Origin: Psilocybe cubensis | Taxonomy: Eukaryota | Length of the DNA: 64,000 nucleotides | Reading direction: 5' to 3' | NCBI GenBank assembly: GCA_017499595.2 | Contig: CM039004.1 | Location: forward strand, 1,116,001-1,180,000 | Shown here: in pieces, positions 62,671 through 64,000 of the stretch | Layout of the letters: every line of letters starts with the position of its first letter | How positions within the stretch are numbered: position 1 is the stretch's first letter | Program-made: the position numbers and the translations under genes | The notes under the pieces: model-generated | Told to the model about the DNA's origin: nothing | Databases searched by the model: none | The model's input: the letters and a program-made list of their open reading frames with translations, nothing else

Positions 62671-64000
62671 AACAACACTTCAACGGCTTAAATGCTAGGT
62701 TCGGGTGTTCGTTTTACAACATGTGGAATGAGGGGCAATGGTCCAGGATTTGAAAGTTGCTCATGAACATTCGAACCTGGCTTTTATACTTTTTTTCTGG
62801 TGATCTCGCTCATGGCAAGAATGTTCACGGGCGTAGACATAGCCGGTTACTCAATACCATGACAAGAAGTTTGACAAAGCCTTTACAACCTTTCACCACC
62901 TTATTGTGGATCGCTTCGCATCTAACAACCAGAATAGGTCCGCGTCCCTCGCTCTCTCTCAGACAAACTATAAATTGCGTTAGAGGGAAGCAACTTCACG
63001 GAAAAAAACATATGAGTTCTCAAAGTTGGAATCGCTTATGTATCATCACTTGATACGTTCACCTCCTCCGACATCCGTTCCGTTTCTAATTTAGATGCAT
63101 ACACGAAAATGACGGACGAGCCGAATCATCGGTCCTTGACTTTATCGATGCAATCGCACTTTTCGTCGAACGCAGCGCCAAGTCGAGTACTCGGAGGCCA
63201 CGCAGGAAGAAATTACATCTTTAACCGTGACCAGGGGTTTAAAATTGGATTCATAATGGAAGTTCTGAGCCCAATCTCGACCTTTTAGTAATAAGTCATA
63301 AAACATCGATACCATTGCAAACCCGCATGTCATCTCTGGAATGTTATATGAAAAAGCTAAACTACATTGTTCATACTATACTTTCTTTCGGCTGCCTTTC
63401 GGTCTAGATTATCACACGCTACCAAGTACGGGCGTGCATAGCGCGATGTAGAGATAAAGTTAGCAATTTAGAACAAATCGAGGACTGATAAAACGCCACA
63501 GTATTTTTGGAATGTATCCGCGATCTGGTGCCCCCATTGTTGAAATATCATACAGCCATGAGATACTCAAAAGTCGACTGAGCGTGTGCTTGAGCAGTGC
63601 TTGAGCCTGCTTGAGCATCTCGGCAAGGCTCATTTGACTGGCCGATATACCATACGTACAACTTTCCTCGTAAGTCAGGGCCAGTGACCACCGGTTCCGA
63701 CATGTCGAGCAATTTGTTAATGCTAAAATCATGAAATGGCGCCCGTGGGCGTCTGAAATAGATACCCTAGGCCTACCGTTACCCCGCAGAGGACGCTCAT
63801 GTCGAAGTTTAGCATACAATCCTGCAACTGACTCTACCGCCGCAAAACAAAACTCTCAATAGGTCGCTTTTGAGATTACAGAAGGGACATCATGGATCGG
63901 CTAGAGGCTAGTGAGACCTAAAATTGCCGAGATATCTCGTGATAAGAGGTGAGATATTTCACACTTCGAAAGGACTATCTCAAGCGGGATCGACACAACT

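Noticed and set aside
62757-64000. Short ORFs and a (TGCTTGAGC)x3-like repeat near 63587-63617
   Set aside because: Could be a gene fragment, but frames are broken and no family is recognisable.

Overview
Intron-rich fungal genomic DNA, most likely an Agaricomycete (mushroom-forming basidiomycete), judged from short GT..AG introns with CTRAC branch points and from the gene families present. I can support about 20 protein-coding loci and one intron-containing tRNA-Asn(GTT). Conserved genes are GatA/HER2 (partial), a PTH11-like 7TM protein, TRM140, an amino-acid permease, a giant low-complexity Rxt3-domain protein, a ZNF511-like C2H2 protein, a UBA-UBX protein and two paralogous DEP-DH-DH-PH-CNH RhoGEFs about 40 kb apart. 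Between them lies a fast-evolving set of putative ubiquitin-ligase adaptors. Four related F-box-like/LRR genes are present, three of them disrupted by stops or a frameshift. Six co-oriented BTB/POZ genes form a tandem array; in four of them the C-terminal exon keeps Cys/His anchors fixed around two loops of very variable length, which is the most interesting observation. Three non-autonomous inverted-repeat elements (MITE-like; two with clear target-site duplications) sit at 46-50 kb. All gene models and family calls were made by eye, without database searches.
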